Source: Candidatus Omnitrophota bacterium (GTDB lineage: Bacteria > Omnitrophota > Gorgyraeia > Zapsychrales > Zapsychraceae). Taken from it: a stretch of 64,000 bases of DNA. The stretch covers positions 9,869 through 73,868 of the forward strand of contig JADFYE010000010.1 of assembly GCA_015233195.1 (NCBI GenBank), read 5' to 3'. Below, piece after piece: positions 18,682-28,390 of this stretch (within the stretch, counting starts at the first letter, position 1; each line of letters starts with the position of its first letter). The position numbers and the translations under genes were made by a program. The notes beneath the pieces are model-generated. The model made no database searches, had not been told where the DNA came from, and saw only the letters and a list, made by a program, of their open reading frames with translations.

Positions 18682-18714
18682 TATTTGGGCACGAAGTATC
18701 GTGCCCCTACGAAT
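18682..18714. repeat. GGGCAC hairpin repeat, copy 2
   Basis: gggcacgaagtatcgtgccc at 18687-18706. The conserved 'cctacg' tail contains the alaS stop codon. Confidence 0.85.
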
Positions 18715-21376
18715 TTTTTCTATCGTCTATCTTCTTCTTTGTTATTTGATAAGCAGCGTCAACAGCTCTATCTAAATTTTTTGTATCCTTGCTTCCAGCC
18801 TGCGCCATTTGTGGTCTGCCGCCGCCTTTACCACTAAATAAATCAGCTGCGTCTTTAATAAGCTCATTCGCATTTAAGCCTTGTTTCACCAGATCATCTG
18901 AAACTGTTATCAAAATTGTAGCACTATCTACTGATCTGGCTCCTAAAATCGATACTGACGACTTAACTTTTTGTTTTATCAAATCTGATAACTTACGTAG
19001 AATATTTATATCAACGTCTTCTAAAACCTGCACAACAATCTTACTGTCTTTAACCTGCGTTCCTTTTTGAATAATCTGATCTATGCCAGATTTTACCGCC
19101 TCAAACTTAAATTGTTCTAACTGTTTTTCAAGATCCTTAACCCGAGCGGATTGAGCAATAGTTTTATCTGCCAATTCTGTTACCGGACATTTAAATAAAT
19201 CAGCCAATTTATCTAACGTGCTTTCCTGCTCTTCAACAAACATAACTGCGTCCATACCAGTCTTAGCTTCAATCCGACGGATGCCCTGTGCGATCGCACT
19301 CTCTCCCACAATTTTAAATAAACCAATTTCACCTGTTGAATCCAAATGTGTACCACCGCAAAATTCTTTTGAATAATCACCAATAGAAATAACTCTGACT
19401 ACATCGCCGTATTTTTCCGCAAAAAATGCTAAAGCACCAGTTGATTTAGCCTCTGTAATAGGCAAGAATTCTTTGGTAACGCAGTCACAAGCTAAAATAT
19501 ATTCATTCACTCTGCGTTCAACTTTAAGTAAGTCAGCTCTTGTAATAGCTTGGTGATGTGTAAAATCCAAACGTAAACGATCATCGGAAACATACGAACC
19601 TTGCTGTTGAACATGCGTGCCTAAAATTTCCCTCAAAGCAGCTTGCAAAAGATGAGTTGCAGTATGATTACGCATAACTGCCCAGCGTCGATCAATATCA
19701 ATTTCAGCTGCCACTAAATCACCAACCTCGAACTTTCCTTTTTCTACCACACCCAAATGCAAAAACACTTCTGAAATTTTCTGAGTATCAGTGATCTTTA
19801 AAATATTTTCGCCTTTACTAATATATCCAACATCGCCAATCTGCCCGCCGGATTCAGCATAAAAAGGTGATCGATCTAAAACTATTTTTGCCTGATCCCC
19901 TTGTTTAATTTCATGAACTGGTTTATTATCCTTAAATATTCTCAAAATCGAATCTGTGGTCTTAAAATGTTTATAACCAGTAAAATCCGTCTTAGGAATA
20001 TTTAGCTCTAAAGTATTATTAGTAAATACATCGCCAGTCATTTTGCTCGATGCCCTGGATTTTTCCTGCTGCTCTGCCATTAAATGATCAAACTCGTTTT
20101 TTACCGAAGAAAAAAATGAGCTGTCATTTCCAAACACTTTAATCAAAGGCTCTTTCATGGTCTCTAAAGTCAAACCATACGTGTCACGGAAATTAAACAA
20201 TATTACTCCTACTTCTTTGTGCGCCAAATTTACAGCTAATCCCTTTTCTTTAATTTTAACCAATTCTTTTTCAAATTCCGGTATGCGTTCTTTCCTTAAC
20301 TTTATATAACCAGCCTCAATATTTTTAACTAAATTCTCAATGTCTTTATGCTTAGCTTTTATCTCAGGATATTGATCTGCCATAGCTTCGATCACAGAAG
20401 GTATTAATTTATAAACACAAGGTTCATGCTTACCGCTGCGGATTGCTATATCAGAGATAGTGATAATCAATTTTTTCATGATATAACCACGTCCTTCATT
20501 AGAAGGAATTACCCCGTCTGAAATACCAAAAGTAACTGCCCGGATATGATCAGCCATAACCCGTTTTTCCCGCAAAGACAATTTCGCGTTTACATTCTGA
20601 TCAATTGATTTTAAAATCGGTTCAAACAAAGTAGTATCAAAATTATTATGTTTACCCTGCATTAAAGCAGTTAAACGTTCCAAGCCCATACCTGTATCAA
20701 TGTTCTTATTGGGTAATGGTTCCAAAACCCCTCCGTCTTTACGCTCAAACTGTGTAAATACCAAATTCCAAATTTCACAAAAACGTCCCATTTCATCGTC
20801 TGGGTCTTTGGGCGCGTTTTTAATTCCTTTTGTTTCCCATTCATAATCAAAAAATATTTCAGAACAAGGACCACACGGACCATTCGGACCATTAAGCCTA
20901 GCATTAGACGGCCAAAAATTACTTTTATCGCCTAAACGAAAAAGTTTTATATCTTTAATACCTACTTCTTTAAGCCAAATTTGTTCAGCTTCTTTGTCTT
21001 CTTTATTTACTGATACCCATAATTTTTCCGAAGGAATGCCTAATTCTTTGGTCAAGAATTCCCACGCCCAGAAAATCGCCTCGCGTTTAAAATAATCTCC
21101 AAAAGAAAAATTACCCAACATCTCGAAAAAAGTATGATGAAAGTCGGTCTTACCTACCTCGTCCAGATCATCAGTACGCAAACATTTTTGAGCAGTAGCT
21201 GCTCGTCTGAAATCAGTAATATCCCCTAGAAATTGGCGTTTGAATTGCTGCATACCTGCAGTAGTGAACAAAACAGTTGGGTCATCTTTAGGCACTAATG
21301 AATCGCTTGCAATAACCTTATGCCCTTTAGAAGCAAAAAAATTCAAATATTTTCTGCGGATTTCGCTAGTCGTCAT
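18707..21376 (-). CDS. alaS: alanine--tRNA ligase
   Basis: 889 aa. 'FTTAGM..FK', 'QKC.R..D...VG', editing-domain 'HTATHLL' and 'CGGTH'. C-terminal DHHA1-like region. Confidence 0.96.
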   Translation of the reverse strand: MTTSEIRRKYLNFFASKGHKVIASDSLVPKDDPTVLFTTAGMQQFKRQFLGDITDFRRAATAQKCLRTDDLDEVGKTDFHHTFFEMLGNFSFGDYFKREAIFWAWEFLTKELGIPSEKLWVSVNKEDKEAEQIWLKEVGIKDIKLFRLGDKSNFWPSNARLNGPNGPCGPCSEIFFDYEWETKGIKNAPKDPDDEMGRFCEIWNLVFTQFERKDGGVLEPLPNKNIDTGMGLERLTALMQGKHNNFDTTLFEPILKSIDQNVNAKLSLREKRVMADHIRAVTFGISDGVIPSNEGRGYIMKKLIITISDIAIRSGKHEPCVYKLIPSVIEAMADQYPEIKAKHKDIENLVKNIEAGYIKLRKERIPEFEKELVKIKEKGLAVNLAHKEVGVILFNFRDTYGLTLETMKEPLIKVFGNDSSFFSSVKNEFDHLMAEQQEKSRASSKMTGDVFTNNTLELNIPKTDFTGYKHFKTTDSILRIFKDNKPVHEIKQGDQAKIVLDRSPFYAESGGQIGDVGYISKGENILKITDTQKISEVFLHLGVVEKGKFEVGDLVAAEIDIDRRWAVMRNHTATHLLQAALREILGTHVQQQGSYVSDDRLRLDFTHHQAITRADLLKVERRVNEYILACDCVTKEFLPITEAKSTGALAFFAEKYGDVVRVISIGDYSKEFCGGTHLDSTGEIGLFKIVGESAIAQGIRRIEAKTGMDAVMFVEEQESTLDKLADLFKCPVTELADKTIAQSARVKDLEKQLEQFKFEAVKSGIDQIIQKGTQVKDSKIVVQVLEDVDINILRKLSDLIKQKVKSSVSILGARSVDSATILITVSDDLVKQGLNANELIKDAADLFSGKGGGRPQMAQAGSKDTKNLDRAVDAAYQITKKKIDDRKNS

Positions 21377-21828
21377 ATTTGGTCAATTACTTTCTTGATC
21401 GACGAGAAACCAAAACCCCGTCGTAATAAAAAATTATAAATACGTTGTTTGAATTTATCATTATCGGAGTGAACGCCATGCTGCAGTTTACGGTCTACTA
21501 ATGAACGGATCATTGCAAGTTCATCGTATTCCTCGCTGGCAAAGCCTAAAGTCTTTTTTAAAATTTCTTTATCAATACCCTTATCGAGCAATTCTCGTCT
21601 GATCCGGTTTATGCCAAAAGGCTTATTTAAACGCGAATTCACCCATGCCTTAGCAAAATCCTCATCATTGACCAAACCGGTGTTCTTAAAATATTCAATA
21701 GTCTGGTCTATAACTGATAGATCAAATTTTTTCTCTTTAAGTTTTGCCTTTAACTCGTATTCACTCCGCGGCCGATAATTCAAGAGCCGGTAAACTGCGT
21801 TTTTTGCTGACGATAAATCATTTTTCAT
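21373..21828 (-). CDS. recX: recombination regulator RecX
   Basis: 151 aa helical repeat protein ('YLNYRPRSEYEL..KL', 'FGINRIRRELLDKGI') between recA and alaS. Confidence 0.8.
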   Translation of the reverse strand: MKNDLSSAKNAVYRLLNYRPRSEYELKAKLKEKKFDLSVIDQTIEYFKNTGLVNDEDFAKAWVNSRLNKPFGINRIRRELLDKGIDKEILKKTLGFASEEYDELAMIRSLVDRKLQHGVHSDNDKFKQRIYNFLLRRGFGFSSIKKVIDQI

Positions 21829-21834
21829 TTTTAT

Positions 21835-21933
21835 CTCTTCTCCCCTCCGGGGAGAAGATTAAGATGAGGGGTTTTAATAATTTTTATTTTTTAATTCCCC
21901 TCACCCTGCCCTCTCCCCATAGGTTGGAGAGGG
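21835..21933. repeat. inverted pair of the 38-nt hairpin repeat with a 25-nt AT-only spacer (gene-less counterpart of the DUF559 cassette arms)
   Basis: 21835-21871 (ctcttctcccctccggggagaagattaagatgagggg) and 21897-21933 (cccctcaccctgccctctccccataggttggagaggg) have the same relative orientation as the arms at 15511 and 15900. Confidence 0.85.
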
Positions 21934-21934
21934 T

Positions 21935-22951
21935 TTATTTCAACCCTAACTTCGTCTTAATTTCTTTTTCAATCTTCGCTAAAATTTTTGGATTCTCTTT
22001 TAAAAATTTGCGAGAATTTTCTTTTCCCTGCCCAATCTTTTCATTTTCAAAAGCAAACCAAGCACCAGATTTTACTACCACATTATTCTTAGCGCCTAAT
22101 TCCAAAATATCCGCTTCCTTGGAAATACCTTCTGAAAAATACGTCTCAAATTCAGCTTCTTTAAAAGGCGCAGCAACTTTATTCTTAACAATCTTGGCTT
22201 TTACCAAATTGCCTATAAATTCATCGCCTTGTTTCAAGCTCTCGATCTTGCGCAACTCAATACGTACTGAAGAATAAAATTTTAAAGCGCGTCCACCGGT
22301 AGTAGTTTCAGGATTGCCAAACATAACCCCGATCTTCATGCGGATCTGATTAATAAAAATGATGCAAGTATTGGATTTATTGATCGCTGCAGTCAATTTT
22401 CTTAATGCTTGCGACATCAAACGGGCATGTAAACCCATATGCGAATCACCCATTTCACCTTCAATCTCTGCCCGAGGAGTTAAGGCAGCGACTGAATCAA
22501 TGACTACCAAATCAACTGCGCTGGAACGAACCAAAGTCTCAGCGATTTCAAGTGCCTGTTCTCCGGTATCAGGTTGAGAAATCAAAAGATCCTCAAGTTT
22601 AATCCCTAATTTTTTTGCATAATTCGCGTCAAACGCATGTTCAGCGTCTATAAAAGCAGCAGTACCGCCCATTTTTTGTACTTGTTTAATAATACTTAAA
22701 GTCAGAGTAGTTTTTCCTGAAGACTCCTGCCCAAATATCTCGATAACCCTTCCCCGAGGCACCCCGCCCACACCTAAAGCCACATCTAAAGTCAATGAAC
22801 CAGTAGGAATAGCTTCAATGTCAAAGCTCAGACTTCCGTCCAGCTTCATGATTGAACCTTTCCCAAATTGCTTTTCAATTTGAGATAATGCTAATTCTAA
22901 TGCTTTTTTCTTGTTCTCCAACTCCACATTAATTTTTTTCTCTTCAGCCAC
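21935..22951 (-). CDS. recA: recombinase RecA
   Basis: Walker A '[10 protein letters not shown]', 'AFIDAEHA' and 'VVIDSVAAL'. GTG start. Confidence 0.97.
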   Translation of the reverse strand: MAEEKKINVELENKKKALELALSQIEKQFGKGSIMKLDGSLSFDIEAIPTGSLTLDVALGVGGVPRGRVIEIFGQESSGKTTLTLSIIKQVQKMGGTAAFIDAEHAFDANYAKKLGIKLEDLLISQPDTGEQALEIAETLVRSSAVDLVVIDSVAALTPRAEIEGEMGDSHMGLHARLMSQALRKLTAAINKSNTCIIFINQIRMKIGVMFGNPETTTGGRALKFYSSVRIELRKIESLKQGDEFIGNLVKAKIVKNKVAAPFKEAEFETYFSEGISKEADILELGAKNNVVVKSGAWFAFENEKIGQGKENSRKFLKENPKILAKIEKEIKTKLGLK

Positions 22952-22998
22952 AGTAACATCCTTTCTTATCCTGGGGGTGTATTGGGAAAGTGTGAAGA

Positions 22999-23027
22999 AT
23001 TATACCCCACTGAAAATTTGTTGTCAA
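22999..23027 (-). promoter_or_regulatory. consensus sigma70-type promoter for recA
   Basis: Minus strand TTGACA (23027-23022), 17 nt, TATAAT (23004-22999). Confidence 0.65.
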
Positions 23028-23118
23028 TCAATTCGATTTTCGTCCAACTTTCGACTAAAAAATATTAATTTTTTGATATTTTATAGCATAAATTAAATAT
23101 AACTTTTATAATGCCTTT

Positions 23119-24873
23119 ATGAAATTATCTCTAAACAACAAAAATAAATATATATTTACCTCGATTTTACTTATAGCAATATGCTTTATTACCTATTGGC
23201 CAGTGCTTACACATAAATTTATGGTCGATGATCCGGCATTTGTAATAAAAAAATATAGTAAATTTTTTACTCAACCCTCAGATTTTTTTATACAAACCCC
23301 AGCTACTCATCATTATGAACCATTCAACAATATTATAAATGTTAACCTATTTAATATTTTTGAACAACCCGCGCCGTTATATTTAATCAATATTTTTCTC
23401 TTTAGCTTTAACTGTATTTTATTTTTTTCTTTACTATTTAAAACTTCAAAAAATTACAAATTAGCTTTAATCTCCTCAATATTATTCTGTTTGCATCCGT
23501 ACAATGCAGATCTGATCCAACACATAACTTTTAATATAATATTTTTTACTTCAGCAGCAATGTGTCTAAGCCTTATTTGCCTTACCTCCCACTTAGAAAA
23601 GCCCTCCCGAGCCTTGTATATATCAAGCATCTTACTTGCCTTATTAGCCTCTTTCTCCCAAGCAATATCCATAATTATGCCAGCTTACGCATTTGTATTT
23701 CTCCTATACTATAGAACTAATTTTAAAAAACTCGTCTTGATAATAACCCCATTTATTCTGATAAGTATTAATCAACTAGTGATTTGGTTTATGCTGGTTG
23801 GAAGTAAATTTAAACTTGGAACACGTTTAGAAATATTGCATTTATCCATTTGGGAAATTATCAGAAATTACGCTCATATTATTTGGTTATACTTGTCTAA
23901 TTTAATTAATCCCAAAACCATTGTGTTCATGTATAATTTTCAACCACTACGAGATAACATTTCTTTATATTGCGGCATAACCTTCATTACCGTGTTAGCA
24001 GTCTTAATTAGTCTAATTATTGCCCGAAATAAATTCTATTTTCTCGCCTTACCTTTATTTATAACCGGATTTTTAATTACAATACCAGCTGCTGTAGCCC
24101 GTCCAGAGCAAGGCTTCACCTTTGAGCCTTACTGGATGTACTTTTCTTCGATTTGGATATTTTGTTTATTTGGATCATTAATCATAAAACTCGCCACAAA
24201 AATAAATCGTACACTTCTTATTCTGTTTATCGCCATCATAAGTTTATTTTTATTTATACATTCACAAAAACAATTATCATATGGAACATCAGAAATCCGA
24301 TATACAGTATATTGGCTTAAATCTTCACCTGGTAATGCTTTGGCTAACCAAATTTTTGGCGAACTTTACTTTTCTAATGATTTGCCAGTAATTGACGAAA
24401 TGGTCGATCCACTACTCGAACAGATAAACGCTTATATTAAAAACGATCAACCTGCATTAGCAATTACTTTATGCAATAAAATATTTAAAAATAAACTTAA
24501 ACCGGAAATAATAAAGAGAACTGCAATTCTAAAAGCTGCAGCGTATGAAAAAGATAAAAAACCAAAAAAAAATAAACTGATGTTAAGACAAATAATTGAT
24601 ACATACAAAAAGCCGGATATTTATATACAAATCAGCTCCACCTTTGACCAGCTCAAAATGTCTGATACAGCAATTAACGTGCTTGACGAATGTTTACTAA
24701 CATATCCAAAATATAAAGAAGCCCTCTTATTAAAAGGCATTATCTTAGGAAATAAAGAAAAATATTCGGAAAGTATTGAGATTTGGAAAAAAGGATTAGA
24801 AATTGATCCTGCAGACCAGCGTTTTATCACACTTATCAATGCGGCAGAAAAATTATTAAATAATAAACATTAA
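23119..24873 (+). CDS. GT-C (PMT/TMTC-like) membrane glycosyltransferase with C-terminal TPR-like domain, paralog 3
   Basis: 'YWPVLTHKFMVDDPAFV', 'HPYNADLIQHITF' and 'FEPYWMYFSS'. Polytopic. C-terminal helical repeats. Confidence 0.6.
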   Translation: MKLSLNNKNKYIFTSILLIAICFITYWPVLTHKFMVDDPAFVIKKYSKFFTQPSDFFIQTPATHHYEPFNNIINVNLFNIFEQPAPLYLINIFLFSFNCILFFSLLFKTSKNYKLALISSILFCLHPYNADLIQHITFNIIFFTSAAMCLSLICLTSHLEKPSRALYISSILLALLASFSQAISIIMPAYAFVFLLYYRTNFKKLVLIITPFILISINQLVIWFMLVGSKFKLGTRLEILHLSIWEIIRNYAHIIWLYLSNLINPKTIVFMYNFQPLRDNISLYCGITFITVLAVLISLIIARNKFYFLALPLFITGFLITIPAAVARPEQGFTFEPYWMYFSSIWIFCLFGSLIIKLATKINRTLLILFIAIISLFLFIHSQKQLSYGTSEIRYTVYWLKSSPGNALANQIFGELYFSNDLPVIDEMVDPLLEQINAYIKNDQPALAITLCNKIFKNKLKPEIIKRTAILKAAAYEKDKKPKKNKLMLRQIIDTYKKPDIYIQISSTFDQLKMSDTAINVLDECLLTYPKYKEALLLKGIILGNKEKYSESIEIWKKGLEIDPADQRFITLINAAEKLLNNKH

Positions 24874-24877
24874 AAAA

Positions 24878-26485
24878 TTATTTTTTTTCACTAAGTAACC
24901 GGCGAACTATTTCTTTATTATTTAAAGTATTTCTATCATTAGGTTGAATACTTAAAGCTTTATTATAATCTAACAAAGCTTTACTTAATTCCCCTTTATA
25001 AAAATATACGCCTCCTCGACTAAACAATGCCTGAAAATAATATGGAAAAATTTCCAAGGCTTGATTATATTCTTTCAATGCTTCATCCCATTTTTGCGTC
25101 TTCATATAAATAACGCCCTTAGTATAATGCGCAGTATAATATTTATGGTCTAAACTTAAAGCTTTATCACATAATGCTATTGCAAAACTATAATTTTTCT
25201 TATCAAGATAATAGCCAGCTAAATTATCATAACCCAAAGGATGCTTTGGATATTTTTTTACAACATCCGCCCATAAAGTACCACTATTTTTCCAGACTTT
25301 ACTTCTTTGAAAAGTTAAAAAACTAAACCAAACTGCTATAAAAACTAAAATCACAAGTAGATAATATCTTTTATTAAATGACGCAGTTAAAATATACTGT
25401 TCAATATAAAACCCTGTAGCAAATGCCAACCCTAAATATGGTAAATAAGTAAACCGATCCGCACTTATAGAATATCCCGCGCCAAAACACGGCAGATTAA
25501 ACACAATGGTAAAAACAAAAAAGCTTAAACCAAATATCAAAACTCTTTGCCGCTTAAAATTTTTTAAAATTAGCCATATCAAACCAACAAAACCTAACAT
25601 ATAAATGCTCAAATATAAATTCAATAACCCTCCTGATTTAGGATAAGGATAAAAAAATGATAAATTAAAAGGCAAAAAAAACTTAACCATATAATCCCAT
25701 AAAGCATATGTCGACAATAAGACTCGTTCAACAAAGTTAAAATTAAGCTGTTCCGGTGAAACTATTTCATAAGCCATAAATGGGGTTTGAGCCGCGTATA
25801 AAGCTATGCAACCAAAAATCAGAGATAATATAAAAAATGGAGTCTTATCGAAAATTTGCTTTTTATCAATTTTTCCTGATCGATAATAATCAATTAATAA
25901 TAAGACTATTGGAAAAGAAACCGCTGTAGGTTTGGATAAAAGTGCCAAAATAAAAAACAATAAAACTAAAAAATTTTTAAATATTTTATTTAAAATCCGA
26001 TCAAATAACACACAATAAATTATCAAGCCCCACATATAAAAAAATAAAAATAATACATCTTTCCTTTCTGATACCCATACCACAGACTCAACATGCATTG
26101 GATGCACCAAAAAAAATACACTTACAAACAAAGCAATAAACCAATTTCTGCATAACAAAATAATAAACCAACATACTAGTCCAGCATTACCCAAATGTAA
26201 TAATAAATTAGTAAGATGAAAAAAGAATGGTTTTAGTTGAAATATTTTATAGTCTATAGCAAATGATAAAATAGTAAGCGGCTGATAATTACCTACTACG
26301 AACTCGGAAAAAATCTTAGCTAATGAACTTACTGATAAAGAACGTATCTGTTCATTATTAATAATATAACTTGTATCATCTAACCCGGAAAAATCATTAC
26401 CTAAAGATGGTATATATGCTGCTGCACCAAGCAACAAGACCAAAAATATCAATAACCATACTTTGTAACGTGTCATTATAATCAT
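24878..26485 (-). CDS. GT-C (TMTC/DUF1736-like) membrane glycosyltransferase with C-terminal TPR domain, paralog 4
   Basis: 'GNDFSGLDDTSYI', 'NYQPLT' and 'VHPMHVESVVWVSERKDVL'. Three or more C-terminal TPRs. Confidence 0.7.
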   Translation of the reverse strand: MIIMTRYKVWLLIFLVLLLGAAAYIPSLGNDFSGLDDTSYIINNEQIRSLSVSSLAKIFSEFVVGNYQPLTILSFAIDYKIFQLKPFFFHLTNLLLHLGNAGLVCWFIILLCRNWFIALFVSVFFLVHPMHVESVVWVSERKDVLFLFFYMWGLIIYCVLFDRILNKIFKNFLVLLFFILALLSKPTAVSFPIVLLLIDYYRSGKIDKKQIFDKTPFFILSLIFGCIALYAAQTPFMAYEIVSPEQLNFNFVERVLLSTYALWDYMVKFFLPFNLSFFYPYPKSGGLLNLYLSIYMLGFVGLIWLILKNFKRQRVLIFGLSFFVFTIVFNLPCFGAGYSISADRFTYLPYLGLAFATGFYIEQYILTASFNKRYYLLVILVFIAVWFSFLTFQRSKVWKNSGTLWADVVKKYPKHPLGYDNLAGYYLDKKNYSFAIALCDKALSLDHKYYTAHYTKGVIYMKTQKWDEALKEYNQALEIFPYYFQALFSRGGVYFYKGELSKALLDYNKALSIQPNDRNTLNNKEIVRRLLSEKK

Positions 26486-26490
26486 AAATT

Positions 26491-27222
26491 TTATTTTAAA
26501 AAAATCTGACTAAATGCCATCACACTTATTGCCGCAGTTTCTACTCTTAATATATTAGCACCTAAAGTAACTGGAATGCATCCTTTTTGAAATGCCAAAG
26601 CATATTCTTCAGGCGTGAAATCCCCTTCTGGTCCGATAAAAAAAGAAAATGCGTTTTTATTCGACTGATTCAATAACACATCTTTTAACAGCTTACGCTC
26701 TCCCATTAAACTTGGAATAATAACAGTTGATTTATCAACCAGGACATCCAACGCCTTATCAAATTTTGTAAACTCGTGTATTTTCGGGAAATAAGCTCTT
26801 TGGCATTGCTTGCAAGCATTCAGCGCAACCGTCTTAAACCTGTCAACTTTATGACCGCCTGCGTATTTAACCCGTCCGAATTCAGTTCTTTGGGTCAATA
26901 AAGGCACGATCTCACTCACTCCCAGCTCAGTAGCTTTTTCAACGATTAATTCAAATTTACTATTCTTCGGAATAGCGCATGCCAATATCAAACGCGGCAA
27001 AGATTCAGATATTTGTTCGAAGTTATGCGTAAATATTTTTATTAATTTAGGCGAAATCTCCTCAATAACCCCTTGTGCTTGCAAACCTTTTCCGTTAAAT
27101 ACAGAAACAATGTCGCCTGATTTTACCCGCAAGACATTCTTTAAATGATGAACTTCATCAACATCAGTAATAACACACTGTTTTGAGTTTAATATTAGAC
27201 CAGGAAAGTACGCGCGCATCAT
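26491..27222 (-). CDS. rsmE: 16S rRNA (uracil1498-N3)-methyltransferase
   Basis: 'HH..NVLR.K.GD' PUA-like N-terminus, 'KFE.IVEKATELGV' and 'GPEGDFT..E', with C-terminal 'LRVETAAI'. Confidence 0.88.
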   Translation of the reverse strand: MMRAYFPGLILNSKQCVITDVDEVHHLKNVLRVKSGDIVSVFNGKGLQAQGVIEEISPKLIKIFTHNFEQISESLPRLILACAIPKNSKFELIVEKATELGVSEIVPLLTQRTEFGRVKYAGGHKVDRFKTVALNACKQCQRAYFPKIHEFTKFDKALDVLVDKSTVIIPSLMGERKLLKDVLLNQSNKNAFSFFIGPEGDFTPEEYALAFQKGCIPVTLGANILRVETAAISVMAFSQIFLK

Positions 27223-27809
27223 GAACAGCTCTGCTGCGGAGGACGGATAATGGTTGTATATTCAACTTGCGGATTTTGCATGGGATTAACTGGCAAAGTA
27301 GGACTTTGTCTTAACTGAAAATATAATTTTACATTACAATTTGTCACCGAGGTATAACGAAAATCAGCCACAACAACTTGTGAAGATATAATTTCTGAAT
27401 TAGCAGCACAAGACATTGGCGGCGCATAAATAGCATTGCCAACCCAACGACAAATACGATATCTTGGATAATCATGCCTATAATATATCCAAGATGTAAC
27501 ACTTGCAGGAGGAGGTGAGACAGATCTAAAAGCTATCCAAAGACTGACACCTGGAGTAGCCAGATCCTCAATAGCTGATCTAATCGCAGAATCCGTAACA
27601 TTCCCATCAGCATTGGAAACATCCGCACTTATACGAGCCGCAATACTCATTGCTTCCATATGCAGAAGCGCGGAACGCTGGGAGGTTGAACCAAAACGTT
27701 TTATAGTCAGGTCAAAACCAACAATACCGAGCATAACTATGCCGATAAGAACAGTCGCAATCAAAAGTTCAGCTAAAGTTATTGCGTGATTATTTAAAAT
27801 TTTTTTCAT
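27219..27809 (-). CDS. minor pseudopilin-like protein (PilW/GspJ-like)
   Basis: N-terminal 'AITLAELLIATVLIGIV' prepilin-like helix with conserved Glu. Paralog of 27836..28390. Confidence 0.6.
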   Translation of the reverse strand: MKKILNNHAITLAELLIATVLIGIVMLGIVGFDLTIKRFGSTSQRSALLHMEAMSIAARISADVSNADGNVTDSAIRSAIEDLATPGVSLWIAFRSVSPPPASVTSWIYYRHDYPRYRICRWVGNAIYAPPMSCAANSEIISSQVVVADFRYTSVTNCNVKLYFQLRQSPTLPVNPMQNPQVEYTTIIRPPQQSCS

Positions 27810-27835
27810 TATTATAAATCCTAATATTTTTTTAA

Positions 27836-28390
27836 CTACATACTAGTCAATACGGAATTCAAACCTCCAGATAAAGTATACCTGGGATTTTTCATCGGGT
27901 CAAAGGGTTGCGAAATATCATATAACACTGATATTTTAATTTGCAGACGAGTTCCAGATGCCTGCGTTACCTGAAAAGTTTCCACGTTACTTAAAAGCTC
28001 CTCATTTCCTGAAGAACAAGTTCCCGTTTTATCTGACACACATGAAAACAGCGAGTTATTCAATATATAATACGTAATCCAAGTATCGTCGCTATAATCC
28101 GTAGTCTGCGGATTGTTCCGATCTTCCCGCATGGTAATGCGCTGTCCTCCGCCACTCAAAATTATAGCTGGATCTGTAGCATTACCAATAGCTTGATAAA
28201 TATTATGGGTCAAATTAGCAAAAACACTGTTTAACCTGATATTAACAATTGCAGTTTTTTGATTATTAGATTGAAACCGTTGGATGGTAAGGCTGAATCC
28301 TATGACCCCCAGTAAAATTACACTAACTAATATAGACGCAGTCATAAGTTCAACTAAAGTCAGACCGTATTTTCCGCGCAAATATTTCAT
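27836..28390 (-). CDS. minor pseudopilin-like protein (PilW/GspJ-like)
   Basis: 'KYGLTLVELMTASILVSVIL' prepilin-type N-terminus. Shares 'F.LTI.RF.S' and 'P.NPM.NP' with its neighbour. Confidence 0.65.
   Translation of the reverse strand: MKYLRGKYGLTLVELMTASILVSVILLGVIGFSLTIQRFQSNNQKTAIVNIRLNSVFANLTHNIYQAIGNATDPAIILSGGGQRITMREDRNNPQTTDYSDDTWITYYILNNSLFSCVSDKTGTCSSGNEELLSNVETFQVTQASGTRLQIKISVLYDISQPFDPMKNPRYTLSGGLNSVLTSM

Noticed and set aside
15511-21933. The dispersed 38-nt repeats as a CRISPR array or as integron attC sites.
   Set aside because: The copies are not regularly spaced and occur in both orientations. No cas genes or integrase are present. The flanking genes are core operon members rather than cassettes. 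No GTTRRRY-type core sites are evident.
21744-22277. 177-aa plus-strand ORF spanning the recX start, the repeat pair and the recA 3' end.
   Set aside because: It is antisense to recA and recX. Its middle ('LPSGEKIKMRG...[13 protein letters not shown]') is simply the translated hairpin repeat.
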